Of a stretch of DNA of 64,000 bases, positions 1-8,574 are shown one piece after another. The DNA comes from Acidimicrobiia bacterium (GTDB lineage Bacteria > Actinomycetota > Acidimicrobiia > Spongiisociales > UBA11373), in NCBI GenBank assembly GCA_040878325.1, contig JBBDMM010000009.1, positions 1 to 64,000 of the forward strand, written 5' to 3'. The notes under the pieces are model-generated. The model was not told where the DNA came from. It did not search any database and was given only the letters and a program-made list of their open reading frames with translations. Within the stretch, counting starts at the first letter, position 1. Each line of letters opens with the position of its first letter. The translations under genes and the position numbers were made by a program.

Positions 1-3
1 AAA

Positions 4-54
4 GTGTCAACGATGTTCTGATGGAAATGTGTCAACGATGTCCTGATGGTTCAC
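4..54. mobile_element. Possible terminus of an IS481-family-like insertion sequence (rest outside window)
   Basis: Two direct copies of GTGTCAACGATGT(T/C)CTGATGG at 4-24 and 29-49 followed by TTCAC; AT-richer than surroundings; resembles repeated sub-terminal motifs of actinobacterial IS481 ends; no transposase visible. Confidence 0.4.
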
Positions 55-63
55 CCCTATTGC

Positions 64-1149
64 TTATCGCGGACCGAGCGAAGCGAGGGCTCGCGCGAAG
101 CGCTCGTTCTCTTCGGGGGTTCCGGCGGTGATCCTCAGCCAGCCGTCCGGTGGCACCGGGCGGACGATGATGCCCTGCTCGAGCAGGGCCTGGGTGACCG
201 CCTTCCCGTCGTCACGGAAGTTGGCGTACACGAAGTTGGTCTGACTCTCGGCCACCTCGATGTCGCGGGCGAGGAGAGTCCCGCTCAGGAACTCGACCGC
301 CTCGGCGTTCCGGGCGACTCGTTCCTTCACCCGGTGCTGGTGGCGGAGAGCTTCGGTGGCGGCGACCTCGCCAAGGGTGTTCACGGTGAACGGCAACTGG
401 ATCCGCCGGAAGTGCTCGATCGACTCCGGGTGGGTGATGGCGTACCCGATCCGGAGCCCGGCGAGGCCGTAGACCTTGGAAAAAGTCCGGGTCACCATGA
501 CGTTGTCTCGTTCGGCCGCGAGGGGGATCATCGAGCGAAAGTCGGGGCTGATGGCGAACTCGGCGTAGGCCTCATCGATGACCACCAGTACGTGGTCGGG
601 CACCGAGTCGATGAACTCCTCGAGGGCATCACCGGCGACATGGGTGCTGGTGGGGTTGTTCGGGTTGCAGACGTAGACCACCGTGGTGTCGGATCTGATC
701 GCCGTTCGCATCGCCTCGAGGTCGTGGCGATGCCGGTCGTCCAGCGGCACCGCGATGTCCTCGGCGAACGCGGCGCGCGATGCGATCTGATAGAGGCTGA
801 AAGACGGCCATCCGTACACCGAGGAGGTGCCCCGGCCGCCCATCACAAACGCGGTGATCAGCATCAACTCGTTGCTGGCCCCGCCGCACCAGATGCGCTC
901 GGCGGGTACCGCGAGGTGATCGGCAAGGGCACCGACCAGCAGTGGCTTGGCATTGTCCGGGTACCGGTTGAGGGTGGAGGCGTGTGCTGCGATCACCTGC
1001 TGCACCTCGGGGAACGGGGGCTCCGGGCTCTCGTTCGAAGCGAGCTTGATGACATCGGCCAGGCCGTACTCGGCGGCGACCTCGGCGATCGGTCGGCCCG
1101 GCCGGTAGGGGTGAATGCGATCGAGGTCCGGTCGATAGCGCGGCGGCAT
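64..1149 (-). CDS. hisC: Histidinol-phosphate aminotransferase
   Basis: KLASNE, NRYPD, CNPNNPT, DEAY, RTFSKVYGLAGLRIGY motifs; start set at MPPRYR. Confidence 0.9.
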   Translation of the reverse strand: MPPRYRPDLDRIHPYRPGRPIAEVAAEYGLADVIKLASNESPEPPFPEVQQVIAAHASTLNRYPDNAKPLLVGALADHLAVPAERIWCGGASNELMLITAFVMGGRGTSSVYGWPSFSLYQIASRAAFAEDIAVPLDDRHRHDLEAMRTAIRSDTTVVYVCNPNNPTSTHVAGDALEEFIDSVPDHVLVVIDEAYAEFAISPDFRSMIPLAAERDNVMVTRTFSKVYGLAGLRIGYAITHPESIEHFRRIQLPFTVNTLGEVAATEALRHQHRVKERVARNAEAVEFLSGTLLARDIEVAESQTNFVYANFRDDGKAVTQALLEQGIIVRPVPPDGWLRITAGTPEENERFARALASLGPR

Positions 1150-1165
1150 GCTCCGGCACGCTAGT

Positions 1166-1240
1166 TGCGCGATGCGCGATGCGCGATGCGCGGCGCACCT
1201 CGCGGATATGTGGGCCGGGTTTCGCCTTTCGCCCATCGCT
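1166..1240. repeat. Heptamer tandem arrays (TGCGCGA x4; TTTCGCC x2-3)
   Basis: Direct reading; intergenic between divergent genes. Confidence 0.75.
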
Positions 1241-1333
1241 GGCCGGTCGCAGGCCGGCCAACCAACTCCCTCCACTCCGCGCCCCTTTCTGCCGAAAGCG
1301 AATTACCGTGACTTATCCCCAGGCCGACTTACG

Positions 1334-2461
1334 ATGCTCGGCGTGACCTGGCGGCTACCGCGAGTGGCCATGGCCCTCGCCCTCCTCGCCCTGGTGCTCT
1401 CGAGCACGACACCCGCCTTTTCGATCGATGAAGGGGAGGTCGAACGCGCCCGCCAGGAGGCCGAAGCCGCCGCCCTCGAGAGGGCGGCCGCCCTCGAGGA
1501 CCTGGCGGCCGCGGTGACCTCCTACGAGGCGATCCGCTCTGAACTCGAGGAACTGACCTTTCGAATCGGGCGGCTGCGAAGCCAGTTGGATATCTACGAG
1601 GACCGCACACTCGAGTTGCGAGACCAGATACGGCACCGGGCGGTCGAGTCGTACATGAACGGCGACACCCGCGACCCGGTGACCCGGATGTTCTCGCCCG
1701 AAGAGGTGCAGCAGAGCATCATCGCCCGAGAGGTCCTCTCGATCGCGGTGGAGTCGGACTCGGCTGCACTCGACAGTCTGGTCGCCGCCACGGCCGAGAT
1801 GGACCGACTACGGACGAGCCTCGACGCCGACACCGAGCGCATCGCGGCCTTGCGGTTCGAAGCCGAGGCCGTCGTGGCGCGAATGAACGAGCTGTTCGAA
1901 TCGGCCGACGAGACCTTCGAGGCAGCCGAAGAGGTGCTCGAGGAAGCCGAGGCAGAACTGGCCGAGCAGCAGCGAATTGAAGCCGAGGAGCAGCGCCGCC
2001 GAGACGAGATGCGCGCCGCCCTGGGCGCTCCGCCGCTCGGAGTCCCGATGTGGGTGACCCCGGGCTTCATCTGCCCCATCGACGGCCCCACCTTCTTCAA
2101 CGACACCTGGGGAGCGCCTCGGTCGGGCGGCACCCGCACCCACAAGGGAACCGACATGTTCAGCCCCCGCGGCACCCCTCTGGTGGCGGTGGGCGACGGG
2201 ATCATTCGCAAGTCGTATGACGGGCTCGGCGGGTACATCGTCTGGCTGTACGCCGATCACGGCGTCAACTACTTCTACGCCCACCTCGACTCCTACCCGG
2301 CGGGGCTCTCCAGCGGGCAGCGGGTGAGCCACGGCCAGGTGATCGGCTATGTCGGCGACACCGGCAACCCGCCTCCCGGGGCTTATCACCTCCACTTCGG
2401 CATCTATCCCGGCGGCATCACCGCGGTCAACCCGTACCCCACGGTGGCCGCGACCTGTTAG
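1334..2461 (+). CDS. Secreted coiled-coil M23 family peptidoglycan endopeptidase
   Basis: Signal peptide, long coiled coil, HKGTD, YAHL and HLHF zinc motifs. Confidence 0.88.
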   Translation: MLGVTWRLPRVAMALALLALVLSSTTPAFSIDEGEVERARQEAEAAALERAAALEDLAAAVTSYEAIRSELEELTFRIGRLRSQLDIYEDRTLELRDQIRHRAVESYMNGDTRDPVTRMFSPEEVQQSIIAREVLSIAVESDSAALDSLVAATAEMDRLRTSLDADTERIAALRFEAEAVVARMNELFESADETFEAAEEVLEEAEAELAEQQRIEAEEQRRRDEMRAALGAPPLGVPMWVTPGFICPIDGPTFFNDTWGAPRSGGTRTHKGTDMFSPRGTPLVAVGDGIIRKSYDGLGGYIVWLYADHGVNYFYAHLDSYPAGLSSGQRVSHGQVIGYVGDTGNPPPGAYHLHFGIYPGGITAVNPYPTVAATC

Positions 2462-2485
2462 GGCCTGTTGTTTCCCGGGCCGACG

Positions 2486-2565
2486 GCTGCCCTTCGGGCA
2501 GCTTGGGAGTTCGGCTTCGCCGAACTCCATCGCGTGGGGGCATGGATGCGGGGCCTCAACCCCGC
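2486..2565. other. Cluster of three perfect hairpins (terminator, REP-like or structured RNA)
   Basis: GCTGCCC-TTC-GGGCAGC, GGAGTTCGGC-TTC-GCCGAACTCC, GCGGGG-N6-CCCCGC. Confidence 0.5.
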
Positions 2566-2639
2566 CGTGGCCGTCAGGGCGGGCGCGCTCCATCCTGCAT
2601 CGCCAATCGCCTTCGATGGCCCATTACCCTGTACCGCAC

Positions 2640-3182
2640 ATGACCGACAGTCGCCGCCGCATCGATCAGATCCAGGATCCGGGCTTTCTCGCGAACCTCG
2701 AGGATCTGACCACCGATGCCGTCCGCTCCCGAAGGCAGATGTGTGACGACCTCGACGTCGAACTGTCGTACTACCGCCGGATGCTGCACGGGCGGATGGA
2801 CCTGCTCGCATTCGAGCTGCGCCGCCGGGCGGGCGACGAGACGGAGTCCCTCATCGAAGCCTTGCCCCGGATCCTGTCGGAAGGCGCCTACAAGTCGTCC
2901 GACGGGCTCCCCGAGCGGATGATTTCAATCGAGGTTCCCGACATCCCCTCCCCCGGCAGGAGGCTCGTGGACCGGGCCCTCGAGGGGGATTTCCTCACCC
3001 GGCTGCCGTCGGTGACCGACGACGACCTGAGAGAGACGCAATCGTTTCTCACGGAGGTCGAAGCAGCCATCTCACAGCAACGCCGTAGCGCCCACGCCGC
3101 CCTCGACCGGCTCCAGGAAGAGCTGACCCGCCGCTATCGGGAGGGCTTGGCCGATCCCGGTGAGTTGCTCGCCCGCGGGTGA
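2640..3182 (+). CDS. rsiG: RsiG/AmfC-like c-di-GMP-binding anti-sigma factor
   Basis: Two (D/E)xxxSxxRxxxHxxxD motifs: DVELSYYRRMLHGRMD and EAAISQQRRSAHAALD; C-terminal LTRRYREG. Confidence 0.75.
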   Translation: MTDSRRRIDQIQDPGFLANLEDLTTDAVRSRRQMCDDLDVELSYYRRMLHGRMDLLAFELRRRAGDETESLIEALPRILSEGAYKSSDGLPERMISIEVPDIPSPGRRLVDRALEGDFLTRLPSVTDDDLRETQSFLTEVEAAISQQRRSAHAALDRLQEELTRRYREGLADPGELLARG

Positions 3183-4114
3183 TCGTCGGCTCGGTGAGGT
3201 CCGGACTGGTCGAGGCGGTTCACCCAGTGGTGGCGGCCGCGGTGGATTCGACCGGGCGGGTGCTGGCCGCGTTAGGGGAAGACCGCGACCGACCCTTTTT
3301 CTATCGCTCGGCGGTGAAGCCCCTCCAAGCCGCCATCTGCGTTCGCAACGGGGCGGACCTCGGGCCTGGGCAACTCGCGCTGGCGGCCGCGAGCCACGGC
3401 GGCCAACGGGTTCACACGTCGATCGTCACCAAGATGTTGGGCGAGGTCGGATTGGACTCCGGTCACCTTCGCTGCCCTCCGGATTGGCCCGCCAGCGCCG
3501 ATGAGGAGGCCCGGCTGAAGGCTGAGGGAAACGACGCGAAGAACGCGCTCTTTCACAACTGCTCGGGAAAGCACGCCGCGATGCTGCGAGCGTGTGTGGC
3601 GCAGGGGTGGCCCCTGGAGTACACCCCGGCCGATCACCCACTGCAACAGCAAGTGGTGGACTTTGCGACCGAGATCATCGGGGCCCCGGTGACCCCAACC
3701 GGCGTTGACGGCTGCGGAGTTCCGGTTCTGCGGGGCGACGTCGTTGGCCTTGCGAGGTTCTTCGCGCAGGCGGTCACCCAGCCGGAGCTGCGGGCTATCG
3801 CCGAGAACTCCGCCCGGTATGCCTCGCTGACATCAGACGGCGATCGGGCCGAGGCAGTGCTAGCCCGGTGGTTCCCCGCCGTCGTCAAAGGCGGGGCGAT
3901 GGGGTGCATCGGAGCGGGTTGGCTCGAGGGCGACGTCGGGTTTGCCGTGAAGTGCTGGTCCGGTCAGAGCGCGCCCGCCATGGTGGGGCTGATAGCGCTG
4001 ATCGATCGGCTGGGGATGCTGGCGGGCCACCCCCGGTCCCAGTTGGCCGAGATCGCCAATCCTCCGGTGCTTGGCGGGGGACGACCCGTCGGTCGGCTCG
4101 AAGTGCTGGCATGA
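3179..4114 (+). CDS. L-asparaginase II family protein
   Basis: RSAVKPLQA, ASHGG, HNCSGKHAAML, DGCGVP motifs. Confidence 0.88.
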   Translation: MIVGSVRSGLVEAVHPVVAAAVDSTGRVLAALGEDRDRPFFYRSAVKPLQAAICVRNGADLGPGQLALAAASHGGQRVHTSIVTKMLGEVGLDSGHLRCPPDWPASADEEARLKAEGNDAKNALFHNCSGKHAAMLRACVAQGWPLEYTPADHPLQQQVVDFATEIIGAPVTPTGVDGCGVPVLRGDVVGLARFFAQAVTQPELRAIAENSARYASLTSDGDRAEAVLARWFPAVVKGGAMGCIGAGWLEGDVGFAVKCWSGQSAPAMVGLIALIDRLGMLAGHPRSQLAEIANPPVLGGGRPVGRLEVLA

Positions 4115-4998
4115 GCGAGTGGTCTCCACTCGACCGGGCGGGAGCGCCCCTTGCTCCCCACGTGGGGCCTTTCCCGCGCGCCGAGTTCGTCGAAGTCTGG
4201 TGGCGGCATCGGGGGATCGGCACGCCCATCGCAGTCGAGCACTCGGGCACCGCGCTGCCTCTGGTGCTCGGTGATGGGGTAGTCCGCATCGCCGGTGAAG
4301 CAGATCTGACCGATTACCACTCGCCATTGGGAGCTGACGTGCCGGCGTTGGTGGAGTCGCTGCTGTCTGCCGTTCCCGCGGGGAGCGCCATCGCGTTCGA
4401 CTCGCTGCCTTGGGAGGCGGCCCGACCCTTGATCGCGGCCCTGGCCGCATCGGGTGCGACCGTCGCCTCGTCCGAGCATGCGGCGACCATGGTGCTCGAC
4501 CTTCCTGACGGCGACTACACCGCGAAGCTCGACGGAAAGCATCGGCACGAGATCAGGCGAAAAATCCGACGCTTCGAAGAGCACTTCGGAGACCCGGGAC
4601 TGCGGAGAGCCGATTCGGGGTTTGAGGTCTTCGTGGAGATGCACCGCGCCGCCCCCGGGGAGAAAGGCGAGTTCATGACCGACGGCATGGAGGCGTTCTT
4701 TCGGGATCTGCTGCGGATCCGCGGAGCCGTGCTCGACCTTCTGATCGACGGTGGCGGGCGGCCCGTGGCGGCGGCGTTCGGGTTCGAGGACGAGGACACC
4801 TATTACCTCTACAACTCCTCGTTCGACCCCGCGGCGACGGCTGGCTCACCAGGAATCGTGCTGTGCGACCGCCTGATCCGAGCGGCAGGGGCCGCCGGCA
4901 AGCAGCGGTTCGATTTCCTCAAGGGCACCGAGAAGTACAAGCGTCGGTTCGGCGCGATGGCCCGGCCGCTCGTGGCGATACAGGGAACCACGCCGTGA
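4111..4998 (+). CDS. GNAT family acetyltransferase (CelD/BcsL-like)
   Basis: TDYH, YYLYNSSFD, SPGIVL, FDFLKGTEKYK. Confidence 0.8.
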   Translation: MSEWSPLDRAGAPLAPHVGPFPRAEFVEVWWRHRGIGTPIAVEHSGTALPLVLGDGVVRIAGEADLTDYHSPLGADVPALVESLLSAVPAGSAIAFDSLPWEAARPLIAALAASGATVASSEHAATMVLDLPDGDYTAKLDGKHRHEIRRKIRRFEEHFGDPGLRRADSGFEVFVEMHRAAPGEKGEFMTDGMEAFFRDLLRIRGAVLDLLIDGGGRPVAAAFGFEDEDTYYLYNSSFDPAATAGSPGIVLCDRLIRAAGAAGKQRFDFLKGTEKYKRRFGAMARPLVAIQGTTP

Positions 4999-6188
4999 TC
5001 CGCAGGGTTGCCTTCATCTCGGTCCATTCCTCACCGCTCGACGCCCCGGGCACAGGCGATGCAGGTGGGATGAACGTGTATGTCGACTCCCTGGCTCGCA
5101 CCCTGGCGCGGCGCGGCGTGGCCGTCGATGTCTACACCAGGCGCTTCGGAGCGGATGTGCTGGAGGAGACCAAGGTCGAACCCGGATACCGGGTGATCCA
5201 GATCTCCGCGTCAGGCGACGAGCGAGCCGACATCGTGCGGTCCTTCGCGGAGGGGGTCGAGAAGTGGATCGAGTGCGAGGGCATCGAGTACGACGTCATC
5301 CATAGCCACTACTGGCTGTCGGGGTGGGCCGGCCTGCTGCTCCAGGAGCGGCTTGGGGTTCCCTTCGCGATTTCGTTCCACACGCTGGGTCGGGTCAAGG
5401 AGGCGGCCCGTTCGCCGGGGGAGCCGCGTGAGTCGTTGGTACGGATCGCCACCGAGACCGAGGTGGTGGCGCGGGCTCGATGCGTCGTCGCCTCTACTCC
5501 CGCCGATGCTGCCGACCTCCTCGAGCACTATCAGGCCTTGCCCGAGCGGCTCTGCGTGTCTTCTCCGGGGGTCGACCACGAGGTGTTCTCCCCCGGGGAT
5601 GCGATCGAGGCCCGCCGTTGCCTGGGTATCGACACCGAGGCGCGGTGGATCGCGGTCGTCGGGAGAATCCAGGCGCTCAAAGGCATCGAGGTGGCGATCC
5701 GGGCGCTCGAACACCTTGATGGCGACGTGAGGCTGCTGGTCATTGGCGGCCCGAGCGGGCCCGACGGAGAGGCCGAGCTAGCCCGGCTCCAGGCGATCGC
5801 CGCAGAGGTCGCCCCGGACAGGGTGCTGTTCAGGCCCCCGGTTGCCCACGAGGAGGTCGTCTGCGCCTATCGGGCGGCCAATGTCGTGGTGGTTCCGTCA
5901 CGCTCCGAGTCGTTCGGGTTGGTGGCCGTTGAGGCCCAGGCCTCCGGTACCCCGGTGGTGGCTGCCCGGGTGGGAGGTCTCGCTTACTCGGTCGCCGATG
6001 GCGAGTCCGGATTCCTGGTCTCCGGGGAGGACCCCGCGGTGTACGCCGCGGCGATCTCCAAGATCCTCGATGACCCAGAGGAGGCGGCACGCCTCTCTGC
6101 CGGAGCCATCGCCCACGCCGCCGGCTTCTCATGGGATTCCACCGCCGACCGCCTCTTGGAGCTCTACACCGGGATGGTGGAGGAGTAG
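4995..6188 (+). CDS. mshA: D-inositol-3-phosphate glycosyltransferase-like (GT4)
   Basis: HSSPL, GDAGGMNVYV, HSHYWLSG, SESFGLVAVEAQASGTPV. Confidence 0.75.
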   Translation: MIRRVAFISVHSSPLDAPGTGDAGGMNVYVDSLARTLARRGVAVDVYTRRFGADVLEETKVEPGYRVIQISASGDERADIVRSFAEGVEKWIECEGIEYDVIHSHYWLSGWAGLLLQERLGVPFAISFHTLGRVKEAARSPGEPRESLVRIATETEVVARARCVVASTPADAADLLEHYQALPERLCVSSPGVDHEVFSPGDAIEARRCLGIDTEARWIAVVGRIQALKGIEVAIRALEHLDGDVRLLVIGGPSGPDGEAELARLQAIAAEVAPDRVLFRPPVAHEEVVCAYRAANVVVVPSRSESFGLVAVEAQASGTPVVAARVGGLAYSVADGESGFLVSGEDPAVYAAAISKILDDPEEAARLSAGAIAHAAGFSWDSTADRLLELYTGMVEE

Positions 6189-6310
6189 CAGTCTCCAATC
6201 TCCAGCCTCCAGTCTCCAGCCACACATGTGTGTCGTAGCGGCCGGGACCGGATCCCATCCGCCCCGGAGATGACCGTCGCGTCTGGACTGGCGACTGGGG
6301 ACTGGCGACT
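6189..6310. repeat. Inverted pair of heptamer arrays (CAGTCTC-type x4 at 6189-6220; GACTGGN x3 at 6286-6310)
   Basis: Direct reading, begins immediately after the mshA stop. Confidence 0.85.
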
Positions 6311-6316
6311 CGTGAA

Positions 6317-6402
6317 TGCAAAGGCCCAAGGAACCTCCACGGCGTTGTCCCCGCACTTCCCCAAACGAGGTCTTCGCCGCATCGGCACCTTGGGCCTTGC
6401 AC
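6317..6402 (-). ncRNA. Candidate small structured RNA
   Basis: 5' and 3' ends pair (TGCAAGGCCCAAGG / CCTTGGGCCTTTGCA); directly downstream of a near-consensus promoter; no credible ORF. Confidence 0.45.
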
Positions 6403-6407
6403 CGTCG

Positions 6408-6436
6408 AAACTACGGCCCGGTGTCGGCAAGGTCAA
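6408..6436 (-). promoter_or_regulatory. Sigma70-type promoter TTGACC-N17-TAGTTT
   Basis: Reverse complement of 6431-6436 and 6408-6413. Confidence 0.6.
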
Positions 6437-6527
6437 GCCTCTCGAGCTAGCCAGGTTTTCGCGACTTCGGCAATGCAACTGTCGATCCGAGCGGTCTTTC
6501 CACTCTGTCGATGCCCCGGCGATATGG

Positions 6528-6569
6528 TTCTCCACATATCCACCGCTATCCACAGGGGGTTGTGCACAA
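6528..6569. promoter_or_regulatory. Cluster of DnaA-box-like 9-mers
   Basis: TTCTCCACA 6528, ATATCCACC 6536, CTATCCACA 6546, TTGTGCACA 6560. Confidence 0.45.
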
Positions 6570-6610
6570 GCGGTGTCGACAAGTAGGGCTCATGCTTCTT
6601 TTTCGCGATC

Positions 6611-6698
6611 GAAGGCGAAAGGCGAAGGGCGAAAGGCGAAACCCAGCGAGACGTCTACGCGCGGACGGTTTAAGCGATCTTGCTGGAGGCTGGAGGCT
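6611..6698. repeat. Heptamer arrays (AAAGGCG-type x4; GCTGGAG x2)
   Basis: Direct reading. Confidence 0.8.
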
Positions 6699-6701
6699 CC
6701 C

Positions 6702-7586
6702 TCAGATCCCGAACATCAAGTCGCCCAACCGCACCGTGGAGACTTCGAATGTGTCGAGGTCGAGGCGGAGCGAGCCGAGCCACAGGCCTCTCATACCCTG
6801 GCCCCGGTTGGTGATGACCTTGAGCTGGCCATCATCGTGTTCGAGCACGCCGAGGCCCAGGCACCTGCCGCCTCCGTCCTGGAGTCCCACCAGAACGCCT
6901 TCGAGTCGAGCGAGATCGAGGCCGGCGGGGAGCGTTGGCGCGAAAACACTGTTGCGAACTCGCCACCTCTGCAGCGGCTCGGCAAAGGCAGTGGCGAATG
7001 CCTTGGCTCGCCATGTCCGGCGATCTTCGGGACTCGCGGGCCGCACGTCCGGGTCGACCGGGGCCACTTCGACCTCGGCGGTGAAGAAGCGGCGCAGCAT
7101 TCCGACGAGCGGCTCGATCTCGGCGCCGCGTTGGAATCCGATGACGACCTCGGGACGGCACAACTCCATCTTGTGGTACTTGAGGGTCTGGCCGACGACG
7201 CCGGACACCGTGCCGCTGGTGTCGACCACTACGAGGTCGGCGCGCTCGCGGGCCTCACCCACCAGCACCGCAGTCGCCACGACCTGCTGGAGGATCACTC
7301 GCTCGGGAAGGATCGCTCCGACGAACTGGAGGCGTTCGGCCTCGATCGTGCCATCGAGATCGACGGGACTCTCGATGACTGCCATCCCGATGCATCCGGG
7401 CGGCCCGATGGTGGACTGGTCGGTGTCGGCATCGACGAAAGCGACGGACCGGCCGGCGGCGAGGGCAGCCGCGATCAATCGCCGGGCGAAGGTGGTCTTG
7501 CCGGTGTCGGCGGACCCGATCAGCATCACGACCCCGCGGCGGCGCACCATGTCCTCGATGAGCCCTGAGTGGATGTCTTCTGTCAC
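6702..7586 (-). CDS. Clp1/Grc3-like polynucleotide 5'-hydroxyl kinase
   Basis: Walker A GSADTGKTT, DADTDQSTIGPPG, VDTSG, lid RRTWR; GTG start inferred. Confidence 0.78.
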   Translation of the reverse strand: MTEDIHSGLIEDMVRRRGVVMLIGSADTGKTTFARRLIAAALAAGRSVAFVDADTDQSTIGPPGCIGMAVIESPVDLDGTIEAERLQFVGAILPERVILQQVVATAVLVGEARERADLVVVDTSGTVSGVVGQTLKYHKMELCRPEVVIGFQRGAEIEPLVGMLRRFFTAEVEVAPVDPDVRPASPEDRRTWRAKAFATAFAEPLQRWRVRNSVFAPTLPAGLDLARLEGVLVGLQDGGGRCLGLGVLEHDDGQLKVITNRGQGMRGLWLGSLRLDLDTFEVSTVRLGDLMFGI

Positions 7587-7616
7587 GGTTGCCCCGATCG
7601 GGTGTCTGATCGCTCC

Positions 7617-7639
7617 AGACCGTAGACCGTAGACGGCAG
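7617..7639. repeat. Heptamer array AGACCGT x3 (last degenerate)
   Basis: Direct reading. Confidence 0.65.
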
Positions 7640-7667
7640 GTAGGGAGCGCGAAGTACTGTCCATCCG

Positions 7668-8525
7668 GTGACGCGCCCCATCTCGTTTCTCAGTGACTTC
7701 GGGCACGCCGACGAATTCGTCGGGGTGGTCCACGGCGTGATCCGCCGGATTTCGGTCGATGTCGAGGTCATCGATGTCACCCATGGCATTCCTCGGGGGA
7801 ATGTGCGCGCCGGGGCGCTTGCTCTCACCCGGGCGATTCAGTTCCTGCCGAACGGGGTGGTCCTCGCGGTAGTCGATCCGGGAGTGGGAGGTGAGCGGCG
7901 GGCGATCGCGGCCGAGACCGGGTGGGGGTACTTCGTGGGTCCAGACAATGGATTGCTGGCCCCGGCGGTGGCGATTGTCGGCGGCGCCACCCGCATCGTC
8001 TCGCTCGAGGCGGAGGAGTTCCGGCTGCCCCGCAGTGGACCCACTTTCGATGGGCGCGATGTGTTCGCCCCGGCGGCGGCAGTACTCGCATCGGGGGAGG
8101 CTGCTCTCATCGACCTGGGGCCCGAGGTGCCGCCCGGTTCATTGACACCGCTGCTGCTGCCCCTGGTGGAGCACATCGACGGCACGGTCGCCGGCGAGGT
8201 CTGGTGGGTCGATGGCTTCGGCAACGCCGAGACGAACGTCTCCCCGGAGGACCTCGAAGCCATCGGGGTGCACCCCGGGGACTCGATGACGATCCGCACC
8301 GGCACGCAGATTCACGAGGTGGAGTGGCGGGTCGGATATGGCAGTGGAGACGACCCCCTCGTCCACGTCGATTCATCCGGCATGATCGCGGTGGCCGTCC
8401 CGGGAGGGCGGGCAGATGAAGAGTTGGGGATGGCCGAAGGGACTGCCGTGGTATTCGGCCCCGTGGCCCCCAGTGGTCGGGGTACGAGGGTCGAGATAGA
8501 GCCACGAGTCAAGAGCCAAGACTGA
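7668..8525 (+). CDS. SAM hydroxide adenosyltransferase / chlorinase-fluorinase family (DUF62)
   Basis: FLSDFG, DVTH, VVDPGVG, GPDNGLL, TFDGRDVFAP, DGFGN. Confidence 0.9.
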   Translation: MTRPISFLSDFGHADEFVGVVHGVIRRISVDVEVIDVTHGIPRGNVRAGALALTRAIQFLPNGVVLAVVDPGVGGERRAIAAETGWGYFVGPDNGLLAPAVAIVGGATRIVSLEAEEFRLPRSGPTFDGRDVFAPAAAVLASGEAALIDLGPEVPPGSLTPLLLPLVEHIDGTVAGEVWWVDGFGNAETNVSPEDLEAIGVHPGDSMTIRTGTQIHEVEWRVGYGSGDDPLVHVDSSGMIAVAVPGGRADEELGMAEGTAVVFGPVAPSGRGTRVEIEPRVKSQD

Positions 8526-8551
8526 AGAGTGAAGATTGGTGACTGGTGACT
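8503..8551. repeat. Seven in-register heptamers with drifting sequence
   Basis: CACGAGT CAAGAGC CAAGACT GAAGAGT GAAGATT GGTGACT GGTGACT. Confidence 0.65.
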
Positions 8552-8574
8552 GGGCCGGCCGCCCGGTGACTGAC

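Noticed and set aside
6560..6569. TTGTGCACAA as a Rex site
   Set aside because: Only a 10-bp palindrome without the spacing of a Rex operator; fits a DnaA box better
6228..7568. 446-aa plus-strand ORF and other long overlapping ORFs (e.g. 46-1164, 10575-12002, 31894-34005, 51371-53278)
   Set aside because: Antisense or alternative-frame shadows of well-supported genes, expected in high-GC DNA; no recognisable motifs
7668..8525. True fluorinase/chlorinase
   Set aside because: Housekeeping-like context with no biosynthetic cluster; SAM hydrolase-type function is more likely, though not resolvable by eye
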